Assembly: GCA_054661495.1 (NCBI GenBank)
Contig: BAAFSQ010000354.1
Location: forward strand, 1-9,138
Direction of reading: 5' to 3'
DNA length: 9,138 bases
Origin: Zygophlyctis sp. KS116
Lineage: Eukaryota > Fungi > Chytridiomycota
The notes under the pieces were generated by a model. That model was given only the letters and a program-made list of their open reading frames with translations. It was not told the DNA's origin and did not search any database. Shown here piece after piece: positions 7,999-9,138 of the stretch. The translations under genes were made by a program, and so were the position numbers. Each line of letters opens with the position of its first letter. The first letter of the stretch is position 1.

Positions 7999-8141
7999 CT
8001 ATGCAACTTTGATTCTCTTTGGTTGCGCTTCAGGCTTCTGTTGTCAAGGTGGTTTATTAAAATATAAACAGTAGACTATTCAGATGAAGATGATTTAGAG
8101 ATATTCCAGTCCTATCTTGTTGATGATTAATAACTGGGTCG

Positions 8142-9035
8142 TTAGGAAGAAACATCCATAGACCTAAAGTATGGATCCATCTTTTCATTGACTGTCAAAC
8201 CTTCCGACCAATAATCTTTAAAAACATAGTCGGATGGCTCCATTGTGTCATTCTTGATTGCTTCAGTGTGCGCAATTCTGCCTTGAAGATTCAAGCAGCG
8301 TTTATAGGGACGATTGAGATTCTTGAAAGAAAGACAGGTTCCTTCTAAATCAGAGAATTTTGTAAGAAGATTGTAATCTGTACCAGGGGCTAAAACGGGC
8401 ATTTTACTATATCTCCAGTCAGTCGGCAAAGCAGTTAAATCTAATTTCATATCTTTTAGGACAACAGAAGGAGGAATAAAATCAATTAGTAGCAAATTTC
8501 TGAACACAGGATTGTCGTTGAAAATCTTCATGCGAAAGGTATCATCAGAATAATCTGAAACTTATCAAAAGCTTCTTGTAAAGGTTTGAATAAAACAAGT
8601 CCATTCTTGACATCATCAATATTTTCAATTCCAAGCAAATATTGCGCGATGTGTTCATTACTTCTTCTGAATATATGTGCGGCTGTTACAATAGCAGAAG
8701 GCAAATAACAATTCAATAACATGCAACGTGTTTTGCCCCTATTCTTCTTACCACCATGGCAAAGATAAGCATCTTTAAGATTTTTTTTGAAATCTTCCTT
8801 TCTTGCAGTTAAGGTCGTGGGTGCTCCGGTAAGAGTATGACGAAGTAAGATAGCGGCAAGTTCCTGCCATCCTAAAGTGTCAACAGCCGCTGATTCTAAT
8901 ATTAACCTTTCAATTCAAAAGTACCTTGAGTGCGAGCAAGTGCTGTGACAAGAGTGTTGTAACGAGTTTCAAGGCGGGTGAGTCAGCCTTTAAAGCAGCA
9001 ATTTCTTTCTTCACTTCTTGCAATTCTTCATTCAT
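8142..9035 (-). pseudogene. Crinkler (CRN)-type HNH endonuclease effector-like gene with coiled-coil N-terminus; two frameshifts
   Basis: ATG 9035 MNEELQEVKKEIAALKA; frameshift ~8983; LTRLETRYNTLVTALARTQ; intron 8896-8924 (29 nt); ...FKKNLKDAY...RCMLLNCYLPSAIVTAAHIF...IDDVKNGLVLFKPLQEAFDKFQI (HNH_2-like core); frameshift ~8552; YSDDTFRMKIF...TKFSDLEG...RPYKRCLNLQGRIA...DYWSEG. This pattern is typical of oomycete/chytrid CRN HNH C-terminal domains. Confidence 0.8.
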
Positions 9036-9138
9036 TTTTTTGCAAGAAAAGTTTCACCACACGCCACAATTATATTCAAATTTATTGACATTTTATTGAA
9101 ATGTGAATGGTCAGGCCTTGGATTCATTTGGCTCAGAA

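Overview
This is AT-rich, gene-dense eukaryotic DNA with tiny GT-AG introns (12 reconstructed, all 25-29 nt). An early-diverging (chytrid-like) fungus is inferred from the gene content and intron style. The ORF track is fragmented because it ignores splicing. Reconstructed genes, in order: an intronless minimal protein-kinase-like gene with a predicted signal peptide (115-1071, -); an unexplained GC-enriched, stem-rich island (~1245-1640; candidate ncRNA or small spliced gene); an RNF121/RNF175-type membrane RING-H2 E3 ligase (1687-2703, +, 3 exons); an NDUFB2-like complex I subunit (3019-3279, +); an M1 (Ape2/puromycin-sensitive-type) aminopeptidase (3315-6143, +, 5 exons); three tandem universal stress protein (USP) units (6201-7958, -), two of which can be joined in frame by a stop-containing 36-nt intron; and a doubly frameshifted Crinkler-type HNH nuclease pseudogene (8142-9035, -). 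No database searches were run; family calls rest on recognised motifs.
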